NCBI GenBank assembly: GCA_963845565.1
Contig: CAWJSJ010000002.1
Coordinates: forward strand, 2,400,001-2,464,000
Source of the DNA: an uncultured Methylomirabilota bacterium
GTDB taxonomy: Bacteria > Methylomirabilota > Methylomirabilia > Methylomirabilales > 2-02-FULL-66-22
Direction: 5' to 3'
DNA: 64,000 bases
This document shows, piece by piece, positions 9,499 to 24,300 of the stretch. The first letter of the stretch is position 1, and each line of letters begins with the position of its first letter. The translations under genes and the position numbers were made by a program. The notes beneath the pieces are model-generated. The model was not told the origin of the DNA and did no database searches. It saw only the letters and a list, made by a program, of their open reading frames with translations.

Positions 9499-11997
9499 CT
9501 ACCGGTTGCTGGCTTGCGGAGGAGGGGCGGCGAGGGGTGGCACGGCCCCTCGGGGTGGTGGCAGCCGGCCGGGACCTGGTGCGGGCGATGGCGCAGCGGT
9601 CCGTGGCGACGCCTGGTCCGCGGCGGGCGCCGGGCGAGGGGCCGGATCGGCTGCCGGAGTGAGCGGCGGGGCGATCGCCGCCGGGCGAGGGGCCGGATCG
9701 GCCACCGGGGCGAGCGGCGGGGCGATCGCCGCCGGCCCTGCGAGTTCGGCGCCCTGGCCGGGCTGCTCCGGGACGGAGCTGCGATTCGCCGGAGGGGATG
9801 AGCGGCCCAGCTGGAGATCCTCATTCGTCGGGCCCGTCCCGTTGGGCGCGGGGAAGTCCTCGGCTTCCGTTCCTGCCAATGCCTTCTGCATGAAGTGGAT
9901 CCAGATGGGGAGCGCGAGGCGCCCGCCGGTCTCGGCGGAGCCCAGGGAGCGCTTGACGTCGTACCCGATCCAGACCCCCGCCACCAGGCTGGGGCTGAAG
10001 CCGACAAACCAGAGGTCGGTGGCGTCGTCCGTGGTTCCGGTCTTGCCGGCCAGTGGTCGCTGGAGGACTTTGGCGCGGGCGCCCGTGCCGCGCTCGATCA
10101 CGCCCTTCATGACATCGACGAGGACGTGGGCCGTCTGTGGCCGCATCACCTCCTGGGTTTCCGTGACGTGTTGCTCCAAGATTCGCCCCTGCAGGTCGGT
10201 CACCCTGCGGATGGCGAACGGCTCTGCCCGGACGCCCCCGTTGGCGAAGACGCCGTAGGCGGAGACCAGCTCCAGCGGGGTGACCTCGGACACGCCCAAC
10301 GCCAGGGCTATCTCGCGGCGCAGTTCGCTCTCGATGCCCACTTGGTGGGCCAGCTTGATGACCGGATCGACTCCGACCTGCTGGAGGAGCTTGACCGTGA
10401 CGACGTTGATCGAGTTCTCCAGCGCGCGTCGCAGCGTCGTGGGGCCATGGAACTTCCGATCGAAGTTCCGGGGCGACCACTCGACGACCTGGCCGCCCAC
10501 CCGGGTGTGGAAGCTGATGGGCGAGTCGTCAATGACCGTGGACGGTGTGAGCCCGCGGTCAAACGCCGCGGCATAGATGAACGGCTTGAAGGCGGAGCCG
10601 GGCTGCCGCTTCGCTTGCGTGGCTCGGTTGAACTTGCTGCGTTCGAAATCGTAGCCGCCGATGAGGGCCTTGATGGCCCCGTCCCGCGGGTCCAGGGCGA
10701 TGAGGGCACCCTCCAGCTCCGGATGCTGCTCGAGGCCGAGGTCGACCGTCTTGCGCTGCTCATTTACCGCCAGCACCTGGACGAGGATCGGGCCGCCCTC
10801 CCGGAACGCCTCGCCGGGATTGGCGAGCTTGGTCCACTTCAGGCTGTCGAAGCGGAATCTCCCCGCGGTACCGACCCAGCTGGACCTCCACAGACTTCGG
10901 TTTGATCTTGAGCACCGTCCCCGGCAGGATCTCGCCCACCCGGGGGGTATAGGGGCCCATCCGTCCGCGCAGGCCCTCGGCCTTGGCCGGGCGGTACCCG
11001 TGACCCTTGTCCAGGTCGCGGAGGCCGCCGACCAGAGCCTCTTCCGCGGCCCGGTACATCGTCAGGTTGAGCGTCGTGTAGACTCTGAGGCCCGTGTTGT
11101 AAAGCGCGTACGCCCCGTAGGTCTCCTCCAGGATCTGGCGGACGTGCTCCACGAAGTAGGGGGCGACGGTGGCGCTCCGCGTGAAGAGGGTCTCGTTGAA
11201 CGGTGTGCGGCCGGCCTCGTCCGCGTCGGCGCGGGTGATGTACTTCTCGTCGACCATCCGGTTCAGGACGTGATCGCGTCGTCGCCGGGCGCGCGGCCGG
11301 ATCCACGATCGGGAGAGAACCGGTTGGGCGCACTGGGCAGGCCGGCCAACATGGCGGCCTCGGCGAGGTTGAGGTCGCCCACCGGTTTCTTGAAGTAGGT
11401 CTGCGCGGCGGCCTCCACCCCGTAGGCCCCGTGGCCGAAGTAGACGAGATTAAAATAGAGCTCCAGGATCTTCTCCTTGGAGAACTGTTTCTCGATCTCG
11501 ACGGCGAGGAGGGCCTCCTTGACCTTGCGGGAGATGTTCTTCTCGGGGGTGAGAAAGAGGCCGCGGGCGAGCTGCTGCGTGATCGTGCTGCCGCCCTGCG
11601 CCCGGCGCCGGGCGACGAGGTTCATGACCAGGGCCCGGCCGATTCCCCGCATTGACAGGCCGTGGTGCTCGAAGAAGCGGGAATCTTCGACGGCCAGCAC
11701 CGCCTGCTTCAGGTGGGCGGGGATCTGGTTGAGCGGGACCAGTGTGCGCCGCTGCTCGTAGAACGAGTGGAAGGGCTCGTCCTGATCGGTGTAGAGCGTG
11801 GTGGCGATGCTGGGCTGGTACTCCTCGAGGCCGTCCAGGCTCGGCAGATCCACCAGGAATGCGGCGAAGATGCCGGCTGCGGCGCCGAACCCGATGACGA
11901 TCGTCACGATGAGGCACCAGAAAGCCGTGACGATGACCCGGCGCCACAACCCCTGTCGGCGGGTGGAAGTTGGCCGTGCACGCTCCGGAGTCGCCAT
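9499..11997 (-). CDS. mrcA: Class A penicillin-binding protein 1A, split by ~3 frameshifts (probable assembly indels)
   Basis: Transglycosylase motifs (EDSRFFEHHG, GGSTITQQLA, RKVKE) in 11263-11997; transpeptidase SAFK, SIN and KTG motifs in 9499-10776; intervening parts in other frames. Confidence 0.85.
9629..9735. repeat. ~51-bp tandem duplication encoding a Pro/Ala-rich PBP1A tail (AAIAPPLxPxADPAPRP x2)
   Basis: CCGGGCGAGGGGCCGGATCGG...GAGCGGCGGGGCGATCGCCG occurs twice. Confidence 0.75.
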
Positions 11998-12004
11998 GGC
12001 GCAA

Positions 12005-12013
12005 AATATAACA
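12005..12013 (-). promoter_or_regulatory. Extended -10 promoter, probably giving a leaderless mrcA transcript
   Basis: Minus strand TG-T-TATATT 7 nt upstream of the ATG at 11997; no Shine-Dalgarno sequence. Confidence 0.5.
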
Positions 12014-12146
12014 CACGGTCGGCCGCGTGCCTAGCGCCAACGGGCGCGCCGCGCGGCGTCCGACGGGAGATCTGCACGGTCTTTTCGGTTGCGGGGATGA
12101 CCCTCCTGTGGTAGAAAGCGCGCCTGTTGTGGAAAGGATTCGCGGC

Positions 12147-13394
12147 ATGACTGGGACCGCCATCGAGCAGGAAGCACAGCGCCAGCTGGCCATCCTCAAG
12201 GCCAGGTGCGTGGATCTGTTGGTCGAGGAGGAGCTGCACCGAAAGCTCTGCCGTTCGCTGGCGACCCGGACGCCGCTCCGGGTCAAGCTGGGTTTGGACC
12301 CGACCGCGCCCGACCTCCACATCGGCCACACCGTGGTCATCCACAAGCTGCGCGAGTTTCAACTGCTGGGCCATCAGGTCATCTTTCTCATCGGGGACTT
12401 CACCGGACGCATCGGCGATCCCACCGGCCGCTCCGAGACGCGCAAGGCGCTCACCGAGGCTCAGATCGCCCAGAATGCCGAGACCTACAAACGGCAGATC
12501 TTCAAGATCCTGGACCCGCACCAGACGGTGATCGACTACAACAGCCGGTGGGGCAAGACCCTCGGCTCGGAAGGGATCATCAAGCTGGCCGCCCAGTACA
12601 CCGTGGCCCGCATGCTGGAGCGGGACGATTTCCAGAAGCGCTTCGCCGAGGGCCGTCCCATCAGCATCCACGAGTTCCTGTACCCGCTGCTGCAGGGGTA
12701 CGACTCCGTGGCGCTCCAGGCCGACGTGGAGCTCGGCGGGACCGACCAGAAGTTCAATCTGCTGGTCGGCCGAGAGTTGCAGCGCGAAGCCGGCCAGGAG
12801 CCACAGGTCATCATGACGCTGCCGATCCTGGAAGGGCTCGACGGCGCGCAGAAGATGAGCAAGAGCCTGGGAAACTACATCGGGATCGACGAGCCCCCCC
12901 AGGCCATTTTCGGGAAGGCGATGTCCATCCCCGACGCGCTGATCGTGCGGTACATGGAGCTGGCGACCGCCATCGCGCGCGACGAGATCGCGGCGATGGC
13001 GAAGGGCCTGGCGAGCGAGGCGGCGAATCCGCGCGACGCCAAGGTGCGCCTTGCCAAGGCGCTGGTAACGCAGTACCATTCGGCCGAGGCCGCAGAGGAG
13101 GCGGCGCGCTGGTTCGCGCAGACCTTCAGCGCCCGGCAATTCCCCGATGACGCGGAGGTTGTGCGCGTGGACTCGGGAGCCCTCGAAGCCGACGGGCAGG
13201 TGGGAATTGCCCGCTTGATCGTCGTGTGCGGCAAGGGGGCAATCAGCAGCTCGGAAGCCGGCCGGCTGGTCGCGCAGGGCGGGGTGAAGGTCGACGGAGA
13301 AGCCATTTCCGATCGAGAGTCTCGCGTCTCTCTCGACCGCGAGCGGCGCTTGCAGGTCGGCAAGCGCCGTTTCTACAAGGTCTCGAGAGCGTGA
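12147..13394 (+). CDS. tyrS: Tyrosine--tRNA ligase
   Basis: GLDPTAPDLHIGH, KMSKS, C-terminal S4 domain. Confidence 0.97.
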   Translation: MTGTAIEQEAQRQLAILKARCVDLLVEEELHRKLCRSLATRTPLRVKLGLDPTAPDLHIGHTVVIHKLREFQLLGHQVIFLIGDFTGRIGDPTGRSETRKALTEAQIAQNAETYKRQIFKILDPHQTVIDYNSRWGKTLGSEGIIKLAAQYTVARMLERDDFQKRFAEGRPISIHEFLYPLLQGYDSVALQADVELGGTDQKFNLLVGRELQREAGQEPQVIMTLPILEGLDGAQKMSKSLGNYIGIDEPPQAIFGKAMSIPDALIVRYMELATAIARDEIAAMAKGLASEAANPRDAKVRLAKALVTQYHSAEAAEEAARWFAQTFSARQFPDDAEVVRVDSGALEADGQVGIARLIVVCGKGAISSSEAGRLVAQGGVKVDGEAISDRESRVSLDRERRLQVGKRRFYKVSRA

Positions 13395-13415
13395 CGGCTT
13401 CGCCGAAGGTTCTCG

Positions 13416-13464
13416 AAATTTCTTTTAAAAAGTAGTTGACAAGGTTCGTGCACACGAGTATAAA
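13416..13464 (+). promoter_or_regulatory. rRNA operon promoter with UP element
   Basis: AT-rich tract, TTGACA (13436)-17 bp-TATAAA (13459). Confidence 0.85.
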
Positions 13465-13566
13465 GAGAATCCCACGGCGGGAGGTTCCACGGCTGATGGG
13501 AACCGAAGATCCCGCGGGGACGTTCTAGAAGTGAAGCGGCGGGAGGTTTTTGAGCCCGCCCCTTTT

Positions 13567-13578
13567 TGTTCTCTGACA
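13567..13578 (+). promoter_or_regulatory. Leader boxA antitermination element
   Basis: TGTTCTCTGACA resembles TGCTCTTTAACA; preceded by a boxB-like hairpin. Confidence 0.6.
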
Positions 13579-13680
13579 ACAGAATATCATTGCTACGAGC
13601 TTGTGGGTGGACACATGAGTAATTACACCTCCGTCCGCCAGGACGGGGTGTCCGAGATCTCTCGTAAGAGAGACCGTATA

Positions 13681-15248
<1,568 letters not shown>

Positions 15249-15463
15249 AGCTTGGCCAGTCCCTCGAAAGTTGGACTGTACGGCTTCTGGTCGATTTACC
15301 CCAAGTTGGTAGCAATGATATCTAATACACGCGCGCATCTCTGGTGCGACACGGCGGGGCGGGGAACACTGCTGCCCCGTTGTCTGTCTGGAGACGAGGC
15401 CGAACCGTTGCGCGGCCCGAAGGTAGGCCAGCGGCTGCTGCGGTGGCGCTTCGTCGGTCGCGG

Positions 15464-15540
15464 GGGCCTTTAGCTCAGCTGGCTAGAGCGCACGCTTGAT
15501 AAGCGTGAGGTCCCTGGTTCGATCCCAGGAAGGCCCACCA
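15464..15540 (+). tRNA. tRNA-Ile(GAT)
   Basis: Cloverleaf, anticodon arm CACGC-TTGATAA-GCGTG, encoded CCA. Confidence 0.97.
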
Positions 15541-15544
15541 CAGG

Positions 15545-15612
15545 AATTGACGATTGACGATTGACGATTTTCGATTGTTCAATCGGCAATCAAAAATCGG
15601 CAATCGGAAATT
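15545..15612. repeat. Heptamer-repeat hairpin (GATTGAC)n...(GCAATC-type)n
   Basis: ATTGACG x3 ATTTTCG ATTG ... CAATCGG CAATCAA AAATCGG CAATCGG between tRNA-Ile and tRNA-Ala. Confidence 0.85.
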
Positions 15613-15618
15613 TACTGT

Positions 15619-15694
15619 GGGGATGTAGCTCAGTTGGGAGAGCACCTGCTTTGCAAGCAGGGGGTCAGCGGTTCGATTCCGCTCATCTCCACCA
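15619..15694 (+). tRNA. tRNA-Ala(TGC)
   Basis: Cloverleaf, CCTGC-TTTGCAA-GCAGG, encoded CCA. Confidence 0.97.
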
Positions 15695-15741
15695 TGAGAG
15701 TGTGCTGCGCGTAAGAGTGTCCCCAGGAACATGTGGGGATT

Positions 15742-15753
15742 TGCTCTTTGACA
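15742..15753 (+). promoter_or_regulatory. Spacer boxA
   Basis: TGCTCTTTGACA upstream of 23S. Confidence 0.8.
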
Positions 15754-15800
15754 ACTGAATAGCGATCGGGTGTCTATATTGTTTCTCCGAGCAGAAGTGG

Positions 15801-18825
<3,025 letters not shown>

Positions 18826-18861
18826 CATTTTTCTTCTTTCATTCGATACTTTCGGGAAGCA

Positions 18862-19218
18862 ATGAGACACCCGATTCGCTATTCGTCTTTGCCAATGCGA
18901 TGCGTCGCTTTTGTGCTTGGCTTAAGCGGTACGCTGGTGCTTGGAGCGGACGATGTGTTGCCGGCGAACCAGGGAAAGCCCGAGGTGGCTACCCAGGTTC
19001 AAAAGGCGCCGGTAAAGTCGGCGGGAAAAGCCGATGTGAATACGGCGAGTGTCGACGAGCTCTCGCGACTGCCGGGGATGAACGTTCAGACCGCCGAAAA
19101 GATCATCGGAAATCGTCCGTACCGAAAGCTGGACGAACTGATCACCAAGAAGGTGCTGGGCAAGAAAGAGTTTGCGCAGGTTCGGGAGTATATCGTGATC
19201 AGGTCCGGCAAGAAGTGA
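18862..19218 (+). CDS. ComEA-like helix-hairpin-helix DNA-binding protein with signal peptide, in the 23S-5S spacer
   Basis: Hydrophobic N-terminus (CVAFVLGLSGTLVLGA), linker, then DVNTASVDELSRLPGM...AEKIIGNRPYRKLDEL...FAQVREYI (HHH_3 pattern); alternative start ATG 18895. Confidence 0.85.
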   Translation: MRHPIRYSSLPMRCVAFVLGLSGTLVLGADDVLPANQGKPEVATQVQKAPVKSAGKADVNTASVDELSRLPGMNVQTAEKIIGNRPYRKLDELITKKVLGKKEFAQVREYIVIRSGKK

Positions 19219-19247
19219 TGTGTCGCGGTTGGCTCGAGTCCTGAAGT

Positions 19248-19365
<118 letters not shown>

Positions 19366-19372
19366 TTTTTTC

Positions 19373-19416
19373 AAAGGGCCTCATGCGTTTTAAGCATGAG
19401 GCCCTTTGTTTTTCTT
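19373..19416 (+). terminator. rRNA operon terminator
   Basis: 14-bp stem AAAGGGCCTCATGC/GCATGAGGCCCTTT followed by a T-rich tail. Confidence 0.9.
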
Positions 19417-19557
19417 ACGGCAGCGGTCTTGCGCGGCACCGGATGGCATTTCTGCCGGATTCTGGCGTGTCCTCGCCAACGCCCTGGCGGGAGATGTCAA
19501 TTGACAGGGATGCAAGCGGTGTGTTAAATACTTGGATCAAAATGGCCGGAAAGACGG

Positions 19558-21027
19558 ATGAAAATCGCCTTCTCTGATACCAGGCAATCGTGGACCTCCC
19601 GGCTTCTCGTCGCGGTTGCGATCGTGACGGGCGCGGTGCTGTGTCTCGCGCCAACGGTTACTGCCGGGCAACCGGACAACTCGCAAAGACCTCCATCCGG
19701 TTCCTCAACACCGCCCCGCGAAACTGTCGCGCCGGTTTCAACCACGGCCGGAATCTCCAAGATCCGAATCGGGAAACACCCGGACTTCACCCGCGTCGTG
19801 CTGGAACTGACCGGGTCATATGAATGGACGATCGAGCAGCCCCCCGGCGGTCCGGTGCGGATCCTGATTCCTGGGGCCGGCGTGGATGCGAGCATCCGTC
19901 GTCTCGAGTTTTCCAGCGGAGTGATCCGGTCGGTACAGACGACGCGACGCGCCAACGGCATTGAAGTGATCTTGGTTTGCCAACCCGCCGGGGTGAAGCT
20001 ACGTACACAGACCCTGACGGAACCGGAACGGTTGGTGGTGGACGTGTCCCTTCCGGCTGCCGGGGAGGAGGGGCGGACGCTGGCACTGGCCGGCGTACCC
20101 CCACCAGGAAACCCGGCCAAGGCCGCCGCTCCGGCGCCGGCGCCGCGCACCGGGTTGGAGAAATCCCCCGCTTCAGAGGCTCCCACTCCTGAACCGGCGG
20201 ATCGGGCGGCGCGTATCCCCGCACCCCTGGGAAGCGCGGGGAAGGAGGCGGCCGGGGGGAGCGGGACGGGTGCAACGGCATTGCCGGACCGGGACGGTAC
20301 CAGAAAACCGTTGACGATCGTCCTCGACCCCGGCCACGGCGGACACGACACGGGCGCCATTGGGCCGACCGGCTTGATGGAGAAGGACGTGGTGCTGGAC
20401 CTGGGGTTCCGACTCCGGCGCCTGTTGCAGGACCGGCTCGGCGTCCGGGTGTTGATGACCCGGACCGAGGACGAGTTCGTGTCGCTCGCCGACCGGAGCG
20501 CCTTTGCCAATCGCGCCAAAGCGGACTTTCTGATCAGTCTGCACGTGAACGCGGCCAGCAAACGGGGAGCCGTCGGGTTCGAGACGTTCTTCTTCGCGCG
20601 TGAGCCGTCCGATAACGACGCGCGCGCCTCGGCGCAGCGGGAGAACCTGGTGGTCGAGGGCAACGGGGCGGGTGGGAACGACTTGGAGGCCTTGCTCAAG
20701 ACCACGCTCGCCGACATGGCGGTGACTCGCGATATCAAAGAATCGAGCAATCTGGCGGAACGCCTCCTGGCGTCCCTGGAGAAGATCCTGCGGGTCGACA
20801 ATCGCGGGGTCAAGTCCGGTCCGTTCTACGTCCTTGCCACAGCGGCCATGCCCGCCGTCTTGGTGGAGAGCGCGTTCATCACGAATCCCAAAGAGGAGCG
20901 AAAGCTCCAACGCGAGGAACACCGGCAGCGGATCGCCGACGCGCTGTATGAGGGGATTGCTGCGTACAAGGTCCGCTACGAGCAGCGACTGGGCTTGCGG
21001 ACCGTCCCGGCCGGCGTCGGGTCCTGA
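19558..21027 (+). CDS. N-acetylmuramoyl-L-alanine amidase (AMIN + Amidase_3)
   Basis: Signal peptide, AMIN-like RVVLEL/RLVVDV, IVLDPGHGG, EK, SLHVNA, PAVLVE. Confidence 0.92.
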   Translation: MKIAFSDTRQSWTSRLLVAVAIVTGAVLCLAPTVTAGQPDNSQRPPSGSSTPPRETVAPVSTTAGISKIRIGKHPDFTRVVLELTGSYEWTIEQPPGGPVRILIPGAGVDASIRRLEFSSGVIRSVQTTRRANGIEVILVCQPAGVKLRTQTLTEPERLVVDVSLPAAGEEGRTLALAGVPPPGNPAKAAAPAPAPRTGLEKSPASEAPTPEPADRAARIPAPLGSAGKEAAGGSGTGATALPDRDGTRKPLTIVLDPGHGGHDTGAIGPTGLMEKDVVLDLGFRLRRLLQDRLGVRVLMTRTEDEFVSLADRSAFANRAKADFLISLHVNAASKRGAVGFETFFFAREPSDNDARASAQRENLVVEGNGAGGNDLEALLKTTLADMAVTRDIKESSNLAERLLASLEKILRVDNRGVKSGPFYVLATAAMPAVLVESAFITNPKEERKLQREEHRQRIADALYEGIAAYKVRYEQRLGLRTVPAGVGS

Positions 21028-21031
21028 GCCG

Positions 21032-21646
21032 ATGCCCACCCAGCGTCGGACCGGTTCGCTGTGGCCCTGGCTCACCGTGCTGGTGACGAGCGGGGCGGTG
21101 ATCGGCGGGATCGGCTGGGACGTCTGGCCGCGAACGGTGGACTTGTCGGTCCTGCGTTCCCGCGTCCCGGGCGGCGCGATGGCGCCGACTCCGGCGGCCG
21201 AACAGATCAGCGTGCGTCTTTTTTTCCCCCAGGAGGCCAAACCCGTCCTTGCGGAAGAGGCGCGAGATGTTCCGCGCCGATTCCTCTTGTCGGATTCCGT
21301 ACGGGCCGTGGTGGCGGAACTGACCAAGGGGGGCGGGCCCGGGACGGCGCCGCCGCTTCCGCCGGAGACCGACATCCGTCAGGTCTCCCTGGATGCGTTT
21401 GGGATTCTGTATCTGGATTTCGCCGCAGGAATTGAGGCGCTGACCGCTGGAGATGCCACCCGCGCGGAGTTGAACATTTCGGCCGTGGTCCTCACGCTCA
21501 CGGCCAATTTCAGCGAGGTGAAGCGGGTGCAATTCTTATCGGCAGGTAGCGAGGTCTCCGCCCAGATCGGGAGCGCCGACCTGCGTCGTCCGTTGCAACC
21601 CTCCTTTCCCGGCGAGGAGTCCCAACCGATCACCCTCCAACCGTAG
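21032..21646 (+). CDS. GerMN-domain membrane-anchored protein
   Basis: TM anchor, [31 protein letters not shown]; usual amidase-GerMN-rph neighbourhood. Confidence 0.8.
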   Translation: MPTQRRTGSLWPWLTVLVTSGAVIGGIGWDVWPRTVDLSVLRSRVPGGAMAPTPAAEQISVRLFFPQEAKPVLAEEARDVPRRFLLSDSVRAVVAELTKGGGPGTAPPLPPETDIRQVSLDAFGILYLDFAAGIEALTAGDATRAELNISAVVLTLTANFSEVKRVQFLSAGSEVSAQIGSADLRRPLQPSFPGEESQPITLQP

Positions 21647-21723
21647 GAACGGCAGTAGGGGCGGGGCTCCCACCGCAGGTGTCGGCTCGCCTGCACACGC
21701 TTCGCACAGTGAACGGAGACGCC

Positions 21724-22608
21724 ATGCGGCCCGACGGGCGACAACCCAACCAGATGCGACCGGTGACGATCACGCGGGATTTCCTGCGCCATGCCGAGGG
21801 GTCGGTCCTGATCGAAGTGGGAGACACGAAAGTCGTGTGCACGGCCAGCGTGGAGGATCGGGTGCCCCCGTTCCTCCGCGACACCGGACAGGGGTGGGTC
21901 ACGGCCGAGTACGGCATGCTCCCCCGCTCGACCAAGACGCGCACTTCGCGTGAGACGTCGACCGGAAGACCGAGCGGGCGAACCTTCGAGATCCAGCGGT
22001 TGGTGGGACGCTGCCTGCGGGGCGTCGCGAACCTCGCCGCGCTCGGGCCGCGCACGATCTGGATCGACTGCGACGTCATCCAGGCCGACGGGGGGACGCG
22101 CACGGCCGCCATCACCGGGGCGTACGTCGCGCTTGCCGACGCGTTGCACTACCTCCGAAAGAACGGGCAGATCGCCACGCTTCCGCTGAAAGACTTCGTG
22201 GCGGCCACCAGCGTCGGCGTGGTGGAGGGGCAGGTCGTCCTGGATCTGTGTTATGCCGAAGATTCGATGGCCGATGTAGACATGAACGTCATCATGACGG
22301 GCGGCGGCAAGTACATCGAGGTTCAGGGCACCGCAGAGGACGCCCCGTTCGATCGGGGCCAACTGGACGCCATGCTCACCCTGGCGTCCACGGGGATCCA
22401 GGATCTCATCGCCATGCAGCGGCGTCTGCTGGCCGAGCGAGGCGGCGGCCACCAAGTAAGCCCAGGAACCTCCGTCGTCGATCGTCGTCCGCTGAAGCCC
22501 GCCACTTATTTTCCAAACAGGGCACGGGCGACGACACCGACCAGCCAGGTTCCGCCGCCGATGAATGCCACGAAGCCGCCCAGCAGCACGATCAGTGCCG
22601 GACCATGA
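21724..22608 (+). CDS. rph: Ribonuclease PH (atypical C-terminal extension)
   Basis: [43 protein letters not shown]. Confidence 0.95.
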   Translation: MRPDGRQPNQMRPVTITRDFLRHAEGSVLIEVGDTKVVCTASVEDRVPPFLRDTGQGWVTAEYGMLPRSTKTRTSRETSTGRPSGRTFEIQRLVGRCLRGVANLAALGPRTIWIDCDVIQADGGTRTAAITGAYVALADALHYLRKNGQIATLPLKDFVAATSVGVVEGQVVLDLCYAEDSMADVDMNVIMTGGGKYIEVQGTAEDAPFDRGQLDAMLTLASTGIQDLIAMQRRLLAERGGGHQVSPGTSVVDRRPLKPATYFPNRARATTPTSQVPPPMNATKPPSSTISAGP

Positions 22609-22709
22609 CTCAATGATGTGGTGAAGTCTTCGCCCCGCCGCAAGTTGCCCACCCAATGCACGACGCCATAACTGAGGGCCATCGCCCCGAAGAAGAGCGC
22701 GTACTCCAT
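22506..22709 (-). CDS. Small two-TM hypothetical membrane protein (67 aa)
   Basis: [19 protein letters not shown]...[22 protein letters not shown], purine-rich SD (GGAGAGAGGGAG) before the ATG. Confidence 0.6.
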   Translation of the reverse strand: MEYALFFGAMALSYGVVHWVGNLRRGEDFTTSLSHGPALIVLLGGFVAFIGGGTWLVGVVARALFGK

Positions 22710-23034
22710 CTCCCTCTCTCCTGTGTCCCTGCTCTGCTCGGTGGGATGTTGCGCGCCGGTCGACGCGTTCGGGCGATGGTACCACAGGCTCGGCGCCGAC
22801 CGCCAGGGGTGCGCGCCGGCTATTCTCGTGCTTGAAGTGTGGGCGGCTGGCGACTCGATCGCCGAGGAGCCTGATTGCCACGGAAGGGACGCGGCATGCG
22901 GGTGGAGTATGCCGTCGTGACGGCGGGCCCTTTTCCGTTGCGCGCCACTCGGATTACATGTTAGAAACAGCCGTCCTTTGGAATCGGTGTCGCGTAGGGA
23001 TCGAGAATTTCTGGGCCGCGAGGGCATTAGTGGC

Positions 23035-23063
23035 TTGACAAACCAACCCCTCACCCATAAAAT
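23035..23063 (+). promoter_or_regulatory. Near-consensus sigma70 promoter overlapping the rdgB 5' end
   Basis: TTGACA-17 bp-TAAAAT. Confidence 0.65.
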
Positions 23064-23679
23064 CACGCTCGTCATTGCGACCGGCAATCGCGGGAAATTC
23101 AAAGAGTTTGCCGAGTTGCTGCAAGGCCTGAATGCCGACATCGTGCCGCTCGACCGGGTTGGGCCTGTCGAGGTTCCTCCGGAGAGCGGCGACTCGTTTC
23201 AGGAGAACGCGCGGCTGAAAGCGGTGGCCGTCGCCACCGCGCTCGGAGCTGGGTTCTGGCTGATGATTCCGGTCTCGAGGTGGATGCGCTGGGGGGTGCC
23301 CCGGGTGTCCTTTCGGCCCGGTTCGGCGGCCCAGGTAAGACCGACGCCGAACGGTGCGACCTGCTCTTGGACAAACTCATAGGGATTGCTTCCGAGCGGC
23401 GAACGGCACGCTTTCGCTGTGTGGTTGCCCTCGCCGAGCCGGGCGGACGGGTGCACTGTCGCCGAGGGAGCTTGTGAGGGGCGTATCGCGTCGGCGCCGC
23501 GGGGCTCCCACGGGTTCGGGTACGATCCCGTGTTCGAGATCCCGGCGCTCGGCAAGACGCTGGCCGAGGTTGGGCCAGAGATCAAGAACCGCCTGAGCCA
23601 CCGGTCCCAGGCTGTCGCCAAGATGCGCGCGATCCTTCAGACTCTTCTGCCGACAGGTGACCGACGGCGGGAGGGGTGA
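23035..23679 (+). CDS. rdgB: RdgB/HAM1 dITP/XTP pyrophosphatase, two frameshifts (probable indel errors); start uncertain
   Basis: [54 protein letters not shown] spread over three frames. Confidence 0.85.
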
Positions 23680-23707
23680 GAGGCCGGAACGCCGGAAGAT
23701 GTTACCT

Positions 23708-23784
<77 letters not shown>

Positions 23785-23793
23785 GTCGGAGCG

Positions 23794-23873
23794 AATTGGA
23801 GATTGCAGATTGTCGATTGAAGATTTCGGGATTGGCACTCCCAATCGGCATTCTGCAATCTGAAATCTGCAAT
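23794..23873. repeat. Heptamer-repeat hairpin
   Basis: ATTGGAG ATTGCAG ATTGTCG ATTGAAG ATTTCGG ... CAATCGG CATTCTG CAATCTG AAATCTG CAAT. Confidence 0.85.
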
Positions 23874-23879
23874 GTACCT

Positions 23880-23957
23880 GCGCCCGTAGCTCAGCCCGGA
23901 TAGAGCAACGGCCTCCGGAGCCGTGTGTCGGGTGTTCAAATCACCCCGGGCGCGCCA
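23880..23957 (+). tRNA. tRNA-Arg(CCG)
   Basis: ACGGC-CTCCGGA-GCCGT, CCA. Confidence 0.95.
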
Positions 23958-23960
23958 AGG

Positions 23961-24035
23961 GATTTTCGATTGAGGATTGTCGATTGACGATTCCGACCGA
24001 AACAATCGTCAATCATCAATCGGCAATCGTCAATT
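23961..24035. repeat. Heptamer-repeat hairpin
   Basis: GATTTTC GATTGAG GATTGTC GATTGAC ... CAATCGT CAATCAT CAATCGG CAATCGT CAAT. Confidence 0.85.
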
Positions 24036-24045
24036 GTAAGGTTGT

Positions 24046-24123
24046 GGTGAGCGTAGCTCAATTGGTTAGAGCACTGGACTGTGGCTCCAGGGGTTGAGGG
24101 TTCAAGTCCCTCCGTTCACCCCA
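24046..24123 (+). tRNA. tRNA-His(GTG), with G-1
   Basis: CTGGA-CTGTGGC-TCCAG, C discriminator, CCA. Confidence 0.95.
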
Positions 24124-24128
24124 AAGTC

Positions 24129-24197
24129 GATTGCGATTTCGCGATTGCGGGATTGTCGTGAAGTCAATCGACAATCGTCAATCTGCAATCGTCAATA
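24129..24197. repeat. Heptamer-repeat hairpin
   Basis: GATTG-rich arm, then CAATCGA CAATCGT CAATCTG CAATCGT CAAT. Confidence 0.8.
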
Positions 24198-24207
24198 TTC
24201 GGGAGAG

Positions 24208-24284
24208 GCGCCCGTAGCTCAGTCGGATAGAGCGGCTGGCTTCGAACCAGCAGGTCGGGAGTTCAATCCTCTCCGGGCGCGCCA
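24208..24284 (+). tRNA. tRNA-Arg(TCG)
   Basis: GCTGG-CTTCGAA-CCAGC, CCA. Confidence 0.95.
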
Positions 24285-24300
24285 AGCGGGCGTTCACCCG

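Noticed and set aside
10760..11333. Programmed frameshifting in mrcA
   Set aside because: Several breaks and no slippery sequence; sequencing error is simpler
19501..19530. TTGACA upstream of the amidase gene
   Set aside because: The -10 region (TTAAAT/TAAATA) is ambiguous, so it is not listed as a feature
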